Source of the DNA: Roseburia sp. | GTDB lineage: Bacteria > Bacteroidota > Bacteroidia > Bacteroidales > Bacteroidaceae | Reading direction: 5' to 3' | Assembly: GCA_023665185.1 (NCBI GenBank) | Contig: JAMPEL010000004.1 | Coordinates: 10,489-74,488 of the forward strand | DNA length: 64,000 nucleotides | In this document: one piece after another, positions 1-10,023 of the stretch | Numbering within the stretch: the first letter of the stretch is position 1 | Layout: each line of letters opens with the position of its first letter | The notes under the pieces: model-generated | Seen by the model: only the letters and a program-made list of their open reading frames with translations | Database searches by the model: none | What the model was told of the DNA's origin: nothing | Translations under genes and position numbers: made by a program

Positions 1-1633
1 CGCGCTTGTCGATTTGAAGAAGGCAATGGAAAATGTGGAAGAAGGCACGTTGCTTTATGCAAACTTGGCTGTGGCTCTTAAAACACTTTCTGAGGCAATC
101 GAGAATAATACAACTGCCAATCAGGTGACAATCAACAATGCTAAGGCTGTGCTTGAGGCGGCTCAGGATGCTTATGACAACCACGCATATTCTAACGAGG
201 CTGCACAGCAGGCTATTTCCGACCTTAACGCTGCCTCTGTTTCTGTGAAGATGGGTGGCGACAAGGCTACCGAGGACAATCCGGTTGATTATTCTTCTAT
301 GATTGTCAATAACAACTTCGATCCTGCTCGTGGCGACAAGAACACTTCTACCATTGAGGGATGGACAACCACTACATTGAACGGTTATAAGGAGAATACT
401 GCTTCTTACAACAAGAATACTTTCGCGCTCAGCCAGACACTTACAGGTCTGCCAAAAGGCAAGTATAAAGTGACTGTACATGCCTTCTATCGTGCCGGAA
501 GCTACGAGGAAGAGGCAAACAACATCAATAACGGTGTTGACACTCATCTTGCCGTTCTTTATGCCGAGACCTCTGCCGAGACATTCAAGAAGCCTGTGAT
601 GAACCTTTCTGAGGGCGGTGTAGCATCTGCCGATGAGGTTCCGGGTGGTGTGAAGACACAAATCATCAACGGGGTCTATGTTCCTGACGGCACATCTCCT
701 TCTGTGGCATTCTACAATGCCGGCTACTATCTCAACGAACTTGAGTTTACAGTGGGTGAGGACGGTGTATCGACAATCGGTATGCGTCTTGACAAGACTA
801 TCGGTTCTAACGACTATGTGGTTATCGGTGAGTGGAAACTCTGGTATATGGGCGACGCGTCTGAAGGACAGACTGAGCAGAAAGTGAGCGAGTTGATTGT
901 CAACAATAATTTCGATCCTGCCCGTGGCGACAAGAGTACTACCACTATCGAGGGATGGACTACTACGACTATGAACGGTTATAAGGAGAATACTGCTTCT
1001 TACAACAAGAATACTTTCGCGCTCAGTCAGAAACTGTCAGGTCTGCCGGAGGGTACTTACAAGGTGACAGTTCATGCTTATTACCGTGCGGGAAGTTATG
1101 AGGAAGAGGCAAACAATATCAATAATGGTGTAGATACTCATCTGACAATTCTTTATGCCCAGACTTCAGAGGACAAGTACTCAAAGCCTGTAATGAATCT
1201 TTCCGAAGGTGGTGTGGCATCTGCCGATGAGGTGCCGAATGGTGTGAAGACACAGACCATCAACGGCATTTATGTGCCTGACGGTACTTCTCCTTCCGTT
1301 GCGTTCTACAATGCCGGATATTATCTTAATGAACTTCCGTTCTATGTTGGTAACGACGGTGTGGCAACTATTGGTATGTATCTCGACAGAACCATAGGTT
1401 CAAACGACTATGTGGTTGTGGGCGAATGGAATCTGTATTACTATGGTTCTGGCAAGAACAATGATATACTTGGTGGTGATGTCGATGCTGTTGAGACTCC
1501 TGCCGCTGTATCAGAGCTTGCTGTTCCGGTTGCTTATTATTCTGTTTCCGGAGCTAAGTTGGTTGTTCCGCAGAAAGGTATCAATATCGTGAAGATGAGC
1601 GATGGAACTGTAAGGAAGATATTGGTGAAGTAA
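1..1633 (+). CDS. Secreted protein, 5'-partial at window edge, with two tandem ~185-aa domain copies and a T9SS C-terminal sorting domain
   Basis: The frame of ORF 14..1633 stays open back to base 2, so the real start is upstream. aa 96-280 and 294-478 are near-identical tandem copies. The C-terminal tail (GINIVKMSDGTVRKILVK) looks like a Por/T9SS sorting domain. Confidence 0.7.
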   Translation, partial: ALVDLKKAMENVEEGTLLYANLAVALKTLSEAIENNTTANQVTINNAKAVLEAAQDAYDNHAYSNEAAQQAISDLNAASVSVKMGGDKATEDNPVDYSSMIVNNNFDPARGDKNTSTIEGWTTTTLNGYKENTASYNKNTFALSQTLTGLPKGKYKVTVHAFYRAGSYEEEANNINNGVDTHLAVLYAETSAETFKKPVMNLSEGGVASADEVPGGVKTQIINGVYVPDGTSPSVAFYNAGYYLNELEFTVGEDGVSTIGMRLDKTIGSNDYVVIGEWKLWYMGDASEGQTEQKVSELIVNNNFDPARGDKSTTTIEGWTTTTMNGYKENTASYNKNTFALSQKLSGLPEGTYKVTVHAYYRAGSYEEEANNINNGVDTHLTILYAQTSEDKYSKPVMNLSEGGVASADEVPNGVKTQTINGIYVPDGTSPSVAFYNAGYYLNELPFYVGNDGVATIGMYLDRTIGSNDYVVVGEWNLYYYGSGKNNDILGGDVDAVETPAAVSELAVPVAYYSVSGAKLVVPQKGINIVKMSDGTVRKILVK

Positions 1634-1659
1634 CCATAGATTCTTTATAATATGAAAAT

Positions 1660-1705
1660 CAGGGACATACGGAGAGATAATCTCGTATGTCCCTGAACTT
1701 TTTTT
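1660..1705 (+). terminator. Rho-independent terminator after the T9SS cargo gene
   Basis: 12-bp perfect stem cagggacatacg / cgtatgtccctg, 12-nt loop, then aacttttttt. Confidence 0.7.
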
Positions 1706-1975
1706 GATTCTTTCCCTGATTTTATCAGGTTGTGTTTTGGATTTCTCTGAATATCTTGCTTTAGTTTGGGATAGGTTTTAGAATAAAGCACATTGTTTTA
1801 TTGTTCTTACAAATGTATACCATACTCATTTTATATGAGTTTGACAAGAACTTTAGGCAAGGAATGAAAAGAAGCTCCTTTCTGCTACGGATGGAAAGAA
1901 ACATTGTAATCGCAAAGCCTCCCTTTTGGACAGCGGAGTCATGACCGTTTTTTTATAGGCGGTGCAGAACAATAA

Positions 1976-2575
1976 TTTGACATTTTGTCAGTTGGCGGAA
2001 AAACTCTGTTTTAACATTTCGGACATTTATTTTTGCTCTGAAATGCACATGAGTTCGCTTTGTATTGTGCTAAGTATCAGATAATCAAATAGATATAATT
2101 TTACCCAAAAAGGTATGGTTTTAGCTCAAAAACCAAGTGTTTGAACCAAAATAGAATATATTGATAATCAATACATTATGATAAAATTCATCTAAAACTG
2201 TGGTTTTTCGCCTTCAAAATCAAAATCTGTTTGGAGAGACGCACAAAACTGTCTGTAAACATAAATTAAGGATTGCCATAGAATATGCACGGTTTTAGCC
2301 CGAAATAAGGACGTTTCAAAACTCGTGCGCCTTGAAAATTTATTTTCAAGGTACACTTCAAAAAATTGCGAGGCGCACGAGTTTTATTTTCACAGTACTC
2401 TAATTTCGGCAAAAACGCGCTCAAATGTAAATAAATGTATCTTTTTAAGACAAAAATTAATACATTTTCACAAGCCATTTTCAATGACAAAAAACCTCCG
2501 TAGAATCGCCTAAATGCAACCGTGGTGGAGTTTGGTTGATTTTGAGCGATTTTACGAGGTTCGGATTTTAACATA
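1976..2575 (+). repeat. Copy A of a ~0.6 kb dispersed noncoding repeat family
   Basis: Shares ordered blocks with 22934..23558 and 55029..55652: tttgacattttgtca, ttttaacatttcgg, ttgataatca (twice), ccttgaaaa, ccgtagaatcgc ... gcgatt(c/t)tacg, cggattttaacat. No credible ORF. Confidence 0.7.
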
Positions 2576-2952
2576 TCATCCATCACAAAAAGCATATTAT
2601 TATTGATATTTTACAGCTTATTGACACAATACAGAGTCTTTGACAGACATTTTGCACCAGCATAAAAAGTTCGACAATCAATTCTTCATGTTTGGCAGAT
2701 ATAGAATCCCTGCTGGATATGGCAATAAAAAATCCACAGAAAGTGTCTGTGAATTTCGCACGGGATTCCCCTTTCTATTCTAATCGCTTGCTCTAAGACA
2801 TATTCCAAACTCACGTAAACCATACAGCCTTGAAGCAAGAGGACCCAACAATCAAAAAGAGGGTATGCGCCGACACGCACACCCTCTTGGCAAATAATCT
2901 AAACTAATACTAAATATTAAGAAAACAATCTTTTACCATTGAAACAAAACCT

Positions 2953-5121
2953 TTATTTCAACACCTTTGTAACATTTCCGTCCACATTGACAATGTAGAT
3001 GCCATTTCCTTCAACAAGGATTGGTTTGTTTGCCACACCATTTGCAACAAGCATACCGTTAGCAGCGTAAACCTTTACTGCTGCACCCTCTGCTGCATGA
3101 GCAACGATTGCATTGTCGCTGACAGTAACAACAACCTCAGCCTTGCCTGTTACAGCAGCGATTGCGTCTACCTCATTGTTTACAGTAACTTCAGCTACAG
3201 TTGTAAACGGACTTGCCGCATAAGAGTAAGAAACAGTCTGCACACCAACTGTGTACTTGCCGTTCTCCACATTCTCGAAAGTGTAAGAAGGGTCTTCGCC
3301 GCCGCTGAGCACGTATGCGCCAAACTGAGCGTAAGCCTTCTGATAACCAGTAGTCTCGTTTGCCGGAACAAGCATGCGCATCTCGCCTGTAGCTTCATTC
3401 TTGAGGTAAAGGTTGTACATCGGCTCGTTGCCGCTCATAGGAAGAGAAGCTGCATCCCATGCGAGAGTTATCTTGTTGCCCTCAACTGTTGCAGTAACTG
3501 TTTCCGGAGCAGACGGAAGAGTAATCTCAGCGTCTGTTGTATTGCGGCTGAAGAGCACTGTATCGCCAGCTGTGTACCAGTCAGAAGCCATCATATCCAG
3601 AAGTCCGTCACCGTCAAAGTCACCGAAGCTCATTGTCTCAGAGAAATGTCCGCCAATCTCACCTGGCTCATTGTCAGTAAAGAAGTCGATAGTGTAGTTG
3701 TTTGTGCTTCCGTTACTGTAATTGATAGCCCAACGCCAGTCGTTAATGCCCTCGTATGAAGTCCATCCACGGAAAACGAAATCAGGAATATCATCACCGT
3801 TAAGGTCGGCTACAGTTGCCTGACGGCATGTAAGTCCTGAGAAAGGAACGATGCCGGCAACTTCCTCATTGAACGCGATGTTGCCGTCCTCAGAAATATT
3901 TGTAAGCAGACAAGACTGCTTCAAGTCTCTGCCGCGCATCGAGCCAATAATCATAAGGTCGATTTTTCCGTCCTGATTATAATCCATTGCATGAAGGAAA
4001 CTGTCTTCTGTACCCCAACGCTTAGCCACATCAGTCACAGTCTCGCCCTCATTGCACAGCATGTCTGTCACATCCTGGAACTGGCCGTTCTGCATGTTGC
4101 GATACACACGGAAACCGTCGCCGCCTTCCTGTACACCTACAGCTGCGTCAGAATCATCACCGTCCATATATCCTGTAGCAACAATATCAAGCCATCCATC
4201 GTTGTCAAGGTCGGCAAAAATCACAGAACCATGACTCATAGGCTTTGCCTTCATTGTAGGTTCCTGAATGTATGAGCCAGGAATCTCTATACCGTCTTCA
4301 TCAACCGTAGGCTCTGTCTTCTTATATACACCTACCTTGTTTGTCTCTTTCTCCCATGCCAACGGATTGAACACGTCAGCCACTTCAAACGACTTGCCTT
4401 CCACATTCCTCAAAAGAGTAACGAAACGTCCGTTGTCGCCTGTGCCCTCTACAACAAGGTCTGGATAACCGTCCTTATCATAGTCGCCGATTGAGATACA
4501 TCCCACTTCCTGATCCTCATTGAAAGAATTGTTGTTGTTGCCGAAGTTAAGCGATGAGAGAGCCTCGTCGTTTACCTTCTCAAATTTGTAGTTGCCCAAG
4601 TTCTTTACAAGCACAAGTTCCTTCAATGTGCCAGTGTCGTTACCACCTCTGTTCAAGTAGATGAAATCGACAAGACCATCCTGATTGAAATCAATTGGAA
4701 GGCTACCCATTCCATACGCTGTGTAAGGAAGTCCGTTTGCCATACCTAAAGTTCTTTCCTGTTCCTGATAAGTCGGCTGTCCATCCTCATCAAGAATAGG
4801 ATTTCCATCCTCGTCTGTCACCGGAACCTGAATAGTCTCCTTCACCACTTCTGTGTCCATCTCAAACTGCAAGTTTCCAAGATTCTTTACAAGGAAACCG
4901 CCCGAAGTCCAACCGTGTATGCAAGATGTCCCACTATAATAAACATCCATCTTGTCATCGTTGTTGAAATCTGCCCAGAACGGAACTGTACGGTGAGTTG
5001 CACGTAATGCGTCAGAAAAGTCCACATCTCTTTGGAATGTGATTCGCTGCGCCTGTGCGTTTGTAGCCATACCTGCAAGAGCCGCACAAGCAAAAACTGA
5101 TTTTAGTGTAAAATTTTTCAT
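2953..5121 (-). CDS. FG-GAP/VCBS repeat protein with signal peptide and T9SS C-terminal sorting domain
   Basis: N-terminal signal (ALAGMATNAQA). Repeated DxDxDG / FGDFDGDG-type FG-GAP motifs. C-terminal tail (VKVYAANGMLV...GIYIVNVDGNVTKVLK). Confidence 0.8.
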   Translation of the reverse strand: MKNFTLKSVFACAALAGMATNAQAQRITFQRDVDFSDALRATHRTVPFWADFNNDDKMDVYYSGTSCIHGWTSGGFLVKNLGNLQFEMDTEVVKETIQVPVTDEDGNPILDEDGQPTYQEQERTLGMANGLPYTAYGMGSLPIDFNQDGLVDFIYLNRGGNDTGTLKELVLVKNLGNYKFEKVNDEALSSLNFGNNNNSFNEDQEVGCISIGDYDKDGYPDLVVEGTGDNGRFVTLLRNVEGKSFEVADVFNPLAWEKETNKVGVYKKTEPTVDEDGIEIPGSYIQEPTMKAKPMSHGSVIFADLDNDGWLDIVATGYMDGDDSDAAVGVQEGGDGFRVYRNMQNGQFQDVTDMLCNEGETVTDVAKRWGTEDSFLHAMDYNQDGKIDLMIIGSMRGRDLKQSCLLTNISEDGNIAFNEEVAGIVPFSGLTCRQATVADLNGDDIPDFVFRGWTSYEGINDWRWAINYSNGSTNNYTIDFFTDNEPGEIGGHFSETMSFGDFDGDGLLDMMASDWYTAGDTVLFSRNTTDAEITLPSAPETVTATVEGNKITLAWDAASLPMSGNEPMYNLYLKNEATGEMRMLVPANETTGYQKAYAQFGAYVLSGGEDPSYTFENVENGKYTVGVQTVSYSYAASPFTTVAEVTVNNEVDAIAAVTGKAEVVVTVSDNAIVAHAAEGAAVKVYAANGMLVANGVANKPILVEGNGIYIVNVDGNVTKVLK

Positions 5122-5144
5122 AACATTATTTTTTGATGTCGCTG

Positions 5145-5152
5145 CAAAAGTA
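5145..5152 (-). promoter_or_regulatory. Putative Bacteroidetes -7 box (TACTTTTG) upstream of the FG-GAP gene
   Basis: Minus-strand TACTTTTG sits 24 nt upstream of ATG 5121 and matches the TAnnTTTG consensus. Confidence 0.4.
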
Positions 5153-5689
5153 GCGGTTTAGCGCAAGCCAAGCCGATACAAATGCTTCAAATATTGCAAT
5201 TATTGATTAAAAAACTGCCGAAACAAGCACAATAAAGCATCTTTCGCATTTTGTGAACATAATATGACAGAAACATCACTTTCATTATGGAATGAGACAA
5301 AAAAAAGCCTCAGAACTATTCGTCTCATGAAAGAGAATTGAGTATTATGCAGGAAAGAACTGCGTTATCCATCAAAAATACCTGATAAAAAACATACCCA
5401 TTCCGTTTTAAAAGTGCCATGCACTGACCTCAAATCCAGCTATCCCGTTACACTCTTTACCCTTATCCATCCCGGAGACACCCAATAAAATCCCAAAAGT
5501 TCACTCAACACTCAGTATTAATTTTGTCCTGTCCTTTTGTCCATATAGTCCTACAACACATCAGCAACACCTTATTATATATTACAACAAATTCATATTG
5601 TCCAATCAACAACCATCAAAAGTAAATCCGGCATACAAATAGAAAAAGATGCCTGAGAGGAAAAAGTTTTTTTGGGAAAGTCTGCAAAG

Positions 5690-7570
5690 TCATTTCAGAA
5701 ATTCCCCAAATATTTCTCCCGATTCTGATACAATCACTATCTCAAGGTATTCAGGTGGAAAAACAGAAGCAGCCACTTCAAGGGATTTACTAAGAATACG
5801 ACTAAAAAACAAACGGGAGTCATCGGCATCCAAAATAGTCCAAAGTTCACGGGCAAGTTTTATTTCTGATATTACATTTATTGCCGACAATGAACATCCT
5901 GACTCAACCGCCTGTTGTATCAGAAAGTCCTTATTCATCACCACCTTATGGCTGTGTGTATCGAGATGTCCCTCTGCCAGTTTCACAGCCTTGCCAATCA
6001 TGACACCTAAAGTGACACGGCATTCGGAATCGCCATACACCTCACGAATGGCAGCAAGCGTCTCACCAATAAAGTTTCCATAATGGATAAAAGCTTGCGG
6101 AACAAGTGACGGGAAGCGATTTTTAAGGACACGCTCACTTTTCGCGCCCGAATTGATGACAATATGTCTGCATCCGGAAGCATGAGCCACCTCAATCTCC
6201 CGATGAATGCTTTCAACAAAAGCCTCATTGGAGAACGGACGCACAATGCCCGATGTGCCGATGATGGAGATTCCGCCAACGATCCCGACTTTCGGATTAA
6301 AAGTCCGCTTGGCAAGTTCCTCACCTCCGGGAACACTTACTATTATCCGCAAGTGGCTGTATTTATCTGAGCAAGAACACATATCCCGCATAGCGGACAA
6401 TTCTGTTCTTATCATATTGCGCGGAACAGGATTAATGGCTGGTCCGCCAACCTCAATCCCAAGTCCGGGCAATGTGACTGTGCCTACTCCTTGCCCTCCA
6501 ACAAACTCAAATTCCGGGCTGCCGGAATTTGTCTCACACTGCTCCACACGCACCACAATTCTGCATCCGTTTGTCACATCAGGGTCATCACCTGAGTCTT
6601 TCACAATCACCGATTCTGCATTATGTTCCCCTATCAAAGTAGACTCTACAGGAATTGACAATATCTCTCCATCGGGAAGAGAAAAAGATACATCGGCAAG
6701 TTCCTCTCCATACAGCAAAGCATAAAAAGCGGCTTTTGCCGCTGCGGTAGCACACGCTCCCGTTGTAAGCCCTGTATGCAGTGGATAAAAATCTGGTATG
6801 AGATGTTCCAAAGCTCTCCGCAATCCGTGCCGTCCGGTAACAATCTGCGGACAGAATCCGGGAATAGAGGTCTGGGGATGGGAAACCACGAATATCTTTA
6901 TTCCCATCCGGCGCGCCGCCTCCACTTTTGCAGCAAATCCTCCCGACTCCCCACTCTCTTTTGTGATAATCGCATCAGGGCATACAGAAGACATGACAGC
7001 CAGTTCCTCCTCTACAGTAGGGAGGGAATTAGCAGCCATATCACCTTTATAATAAATAAGATTTGATTCAGGGAAGCCTTGTTTTTTTGCCAAGTCAATA
7101 CTTTCCTTCCGGGGAAGAATCCGAAAAAAAGTATCTACACTCTGCCAAAACGGTTTCAATTTGGCGATTGTGTTGGCACCACTCAAGGCAAGCAGACGTC
7201 TGACACCATGAGAGAGAAGTCGCGTTACCGCATCATTATAACCGGCACAATATACAGCATCTTCGACTTTATGTCCGAAACTTCTTTGCAACCGTATGAC
7301 TGGTATCGACAGTTGCAATGAGGCCTCTGCTATCGACAAATGCAGATTCTCGGCGAACGGATGTGCCGCATCTACTATACAGCAGATGTCATTATCACGG
7401 CAAAAGGCTACCATGTCGTCTTTTGTCATCACACCGGACAACCTTTTGCCGTGATGAAGAGCAATCTGTTGTAGTTCTCCTTTAGTTGAATAAAAGAAAC
7501 ACCTCCCCGACTCTTCTGCCACTTCAGCAGCAAGTCTGCCTTCCGTTGTTCCACCGAAAATCAAAAGCAT
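5690..7570 (-). CDS. cbiJ/cbiD: Fused cobalt-precorrin-6A reductase (CbiJ/CobK) and cobalt-precorrin-5B methyltransferase (CbiD)
   Basis: N-terminus MLLIFGGTTEGR ... VDAAHPFA is CobK/CbiJ-like. The C-terminal half has the CbiD signature GLTTGACATAAAKAA. Confidence 0.8.
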   Translation of the reverse strand: MLLIFGGTTEGRLAAEVAEESGRCFFYSTKGELQQIALHHGKRLSGVMTKDDMVAFCRDNDICCIVDAAHPFAENLHLSIAEASLQLSIPVIRLQRSFGHKVEDAVYCAGYNDAVTRLLSHGVRRLLALSGANTIAKLKPFWQSVDTFFRILPRKESIDLAKKQGFPESNLIYYKGDMAANSLPTVEEELAVMSSVCPDAIITKESGESGGFAAKVEAARRMGIKIFVVSHPQTSIPGFCPQIVTGRHGLRRALEHLIPDFYPLHTGLTTGACATAAAKAAFYALLYGEELADVSFSLPDGEILSIPVESTLIGEHNAESVIVKDSGDDPDVTNGCRIVVRVEQCETNSGSPEFEFVGGQGVGTVTLPGLGIEVGGPAINPVPRNMIRTELSAMRDMCSCSDKYSHLRIIVSVPGGEELAKRTFNPKVGIVGGISIIGTSGIVRPFSNEAFVESIHREIEVAHASGCRHIVINSGAKSERVLKNRFPSLVPQAFIHYGNFIGETLAAIREVYGDSECRVTLGVMIGKAVKLAEGHLDTHSHKVVMNKDFLIQQAVESGCSLSAINVISEIKLARELWTILDADDSRLFFSRILSKSLEVAASVFPPEYLEIVIVSESGEIFGEFLK

Positions 7571-7582
7571 AACGCAATATTC

Positions 7583-9454
7583 CTAATCTACCTTTGCCGT
7601 TCTGAATAAATGAGTAAAACCTCCATCATAAAGTTTGCTCAGTCCGCTACGATTGTCAATAGCCTCACCAACGACAATCATTGTGGTCATGTCGAGCGAG
7701 TTTCCTTCCACAATAGACACAAGTTCACTAAGTTTGCCACGGTAAATACGCTGTTCCTTCCAAGTGAGCTTATAACATGCCGCCACAGGAGTTTCAGGAG
7801 GATAGCATTCCAATAACTCCGCCTGCACCTGACGGACAATTCCGGCACTGAGGAAGATACACATTGTAGACTGTGAGCGCGCAAGCAAATGCAGTTTTTC
7901 CTTTTCCGGCATAGGCGTACGACCCTCACCACGTGTGAGAATAATAGTCTGCACTCTTTCAGGAATCGTAAACTGGGAGCGAAGTTCAGCCGCAGCAGCC
8001 TGAAAAGAGGATATGCCCGGTGTGATATGATAGCTCATTCCATATTTGTCAAAGAAGTTCATCTGTTCTTGAATGGCTCCATATATACATGGGTCACCAG
8101 TATGCAAACGCACCACAAGCAGCCCTTTATCATAAAAGCTCTTCATCAGTTCAAACTGTTCTTCCAGATTCATAGAGGCTGACGAACGCACTACCGCCCC
8201 CTGCTTTGCACAATATGTCAGCTCGCGAGGCACCAAACTTCCGGCATACAGAATGAGGTCGGCACGTTCAAGAAACTTTCTGCCTCTCACACTGACCAGT
8301 TCAGGATCACCGGGACCTGCCCCTACAATTTCTATATGCCCGCCTTGCTTGCGCTCGGAAGAAACTGCAAGCGCATAAGTATAATGTGAAGTGGCGTCCA
8401 GACGGCACACTCCTTTATGTTTCTCAATCACAAGACGCGAGTCGGAAGCTCCCGCCAGAGCGGCTGCTTCGGCAACCCCGTATGTTCCGGTCGTCTGAAA
8501 AACTTTTTCAGAAGGATTCGGAACTTCCATTTCATTCAGTCTGTCGGCTGTGTAAATGCACAAACGGGCAGCCTTGCAGAATTGAAGAAGCTCAGGCAAC
8601 ACAGGCTCGTCTTTCTTCAATTCAATAGTACCAATCGTGGAGATTGATTCTGGTGCGTATCCTGCCATTGTCACTTCTTCTATAATCTGAATCGCCGTCT
8701 CTTTTGGTGTCAGCCTCTGACATCCTATGCCAAGATGCAAGACTGGCGGGAAAAATTGTAGATATGAAATATTCTCAACCTCATAAATACGAGGAGAGAC
8801 AAGTATCAGAAGAGCAAAATCTTCCTTTCCTTCAAGATGTTGCTCATTACGGACAGCACAAAATTCCTCATAACTGAAAAAGACATCAACATGTTCAGGC
8901 TTGGAATCCAACATCATATCCGTACCGGCAACCTTACATTCCACCACCAAAGCTGTCTTGCGTCCGCCAACAAACAGGGAAATCGCATCATTCATCTGTT
9001 TGTGAGAAGCCGTAACTTGCCAACCATAATCACGCGCCAAAGTATCAAGTGCCCACAAACCATGGTTGTCACTCTGTGTGGTAATGACAGCTTCTCCACC
9101 TGTCACAGAAGCAATAAACCGGGCAAGCTGATTTGCTCCGCCTACATGTCCAGACAATACGGGAATGACATAATGTCCGGTACTGTCCACACATACAACA
9201 GCCGGATCCTCGTATTTGTCATTCACCAAACCGGAGATACTTCTGACACATATCCCCATAGCGCAAATAAAGACCAAAGCGTCCACCTTTCCAAACAGTT
9301 CTTTTGCTGTATCGGATACGGAAGTGATTCTCTCACAACCTTCAATCTCGCCCTTATAATATAATGTCACGTCCGACTTGCCTGCCTCGCTTTTTATCGC
9401 TTTTGCCACCGCCAATGATGATGGCGACACAAGTATTATCGCTATCTTTTTCAT
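7583..9454 (-). CDS. cbiG/cbiF: Fused cobalt-precorrin-5A hydrolase (CbiG) and precorrin-4 C11-methyltransferase (CbiF/CobM)
   Basis: N-terminal CbiG-like region. C-terminal tetrapyrrole methylase motif VGAGPGDPELVSVRG ... LILYAGSLVP is typical of CbiF. Confidence 0.75.
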   Translation of the reverse strand: MKKIAIILVSPSSLAVAKAIKSEAGKSDVTLYYKGEIEGCERITSVSDTAKELFGKVDALVFICAMGICVRSISGLVNDKYEDPAVVCVDSTGHYVIPVLSGHVGGANQLARFIASVTGGEAVITTQSDNHGLWALDTLARDYGWQVTASHKQMNDAISLFVGGRKTALVVECKVAGTDMMLDSKPEHVDVFFSYEEFCAVRNEQHLEGKEDFALLILVSPRIYEVENISYLQFFPPVLHLGIGCQRLTPKETAIQIIEEVTMAGYAPESISTIGTIELKKDEPVLPELLQFCKAARLCIYTADRLNEMEVPNPSEKVFQTTGTYGVAEAAALAGASDSRLVIEKHKGVCRLDATSHYTYALAVSSERKQGGHIEIVGAGPGDPELVSVRGRKFLERADLILYAGSLVPRELTYCAKQGAVVRSSASMNLEEQFELMKSFYDKGLLVVRLHTGDPCIYGAIQEQMNFFDKYGMSYHITPGISSFQAAAAELRSQFTIPERVQTIILTRGEGRTPMPEKEKLHLLARSQSTMCIFLSAGIVRQVQAELLECYPPETPVAACYKLTWKEQRIYRGKLSELVSIVEGNSLDMTTMIVVGEAIDNRSGLSKLYDGGFTHLFRTAKVD

Positions 9455-9473
9455 ACATTCATGTTTTATGCGG

Positions 9474-9481
9474 CAAAAGTA
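9474..9481 (-). promoter_or_regulatory. Putative -7 box (TACTTTTG) upstream of cbiG/cbiF
   Basis: Minus-strand TACTTTTG sits 20 nt upstream of ATG 9454. Confidence 0.4.
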
Positions 9482-9751
9482 CTGAAAAAGTAGCTAACTA
9501 CATCACTTTTGATGTTTTTGTGTTCTTTGGGTCGGTGTTCTTTCTCAAACTTTTCACATTCGGCAGATGTACAGACATAAGTTTTGTGGATAGCACCATT
9601 CAGTTTCACCACACTAAAGTCTAAAATCAACAATGCTGATTTAAAAAATCCGCTCTCCATTCCAATTTTGACATTGCAGACTAAAAAGAACTTTAAGCAA
9701 AAGTTATATGCACTATATAACAGATATTATCATCTGAAATGTCAGACGGAC

Positions 9752-9785
9752 AAAAAAAAGAGTGAAGCTGTCAAAACTTCACTCC
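9752..9785 (-). terminator. Rho-independent terminator after rubredoxin
   Basis: Minus strand reads GAGTGAAG-loop-CTTCACTC followed by TTTTTTTT. Confidence 0.6.
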
Positions 9786-9822
9786 TTTCTCTTAGATTAT
9801 TAATATTCAATCCTGAAAAAAA

Positions 9823-9987
9823 TCAATCTTCAACTTCTGAAAATTCATCTTTGCCTACAGCACACAAAGGACATTCAAAATCTTCAGGAAGGTCCTCAAA
9901 TGCTGTTCCAGGTTCGATACCTGCTTCTGGTACACCTACAGCCGGGTCGTAAACCCAACCGCATACATCACAAACATACTTTTTCAT
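9823..9987 (-). CDS. Rubredoxin (54 aa, below the ORF-track size cutoff)
   Basis: Hand translation of the minus strand gives [54 protein letters not shown]. It has both CxxCG and CPxCG knuckles. It lies directly upstream of cbiG/cbiF and downstream of rubrerythrin. Confidence 0.9.
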   Translation of the reverse strand: MKKYVCDVCGWVYDPAVGVPEAGIEPGTAFEDLPEDFECPLCAVGKDEFSEVED

Positions 9988-10023
9988 AATAAAATCATTT
10001 TATAGTGTAAACAATAAATATAT

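Noticed and set aside
1830-1857. About 26-nt similarity between atatgagtttgacaagaactttagg (1830s) and atatgagtttgggacaagagtttgga (19323-19350)
   Set aside because: It is too short. An 11-mer core match is expected by chance many times in 64 kb, and the flanks do not align convincingly.
9455-9751. Possible cobalamin riboswitch upstream of cbiG/cbiF
   Set aside because: Only loose resemblances are present (ggtgaaac, gccgaatgtgaaaag). The conserved CCCGCAAC, GCCACTG and B12-box elements are absent by eye. A covariance-model scan is needed for a definitive answer.
9584-9952. 122-aa plus-strand ORF
   Set aside because: It is antisense to the rubredoxin gene and its terminator. The rubredoxin reading is far better supported.
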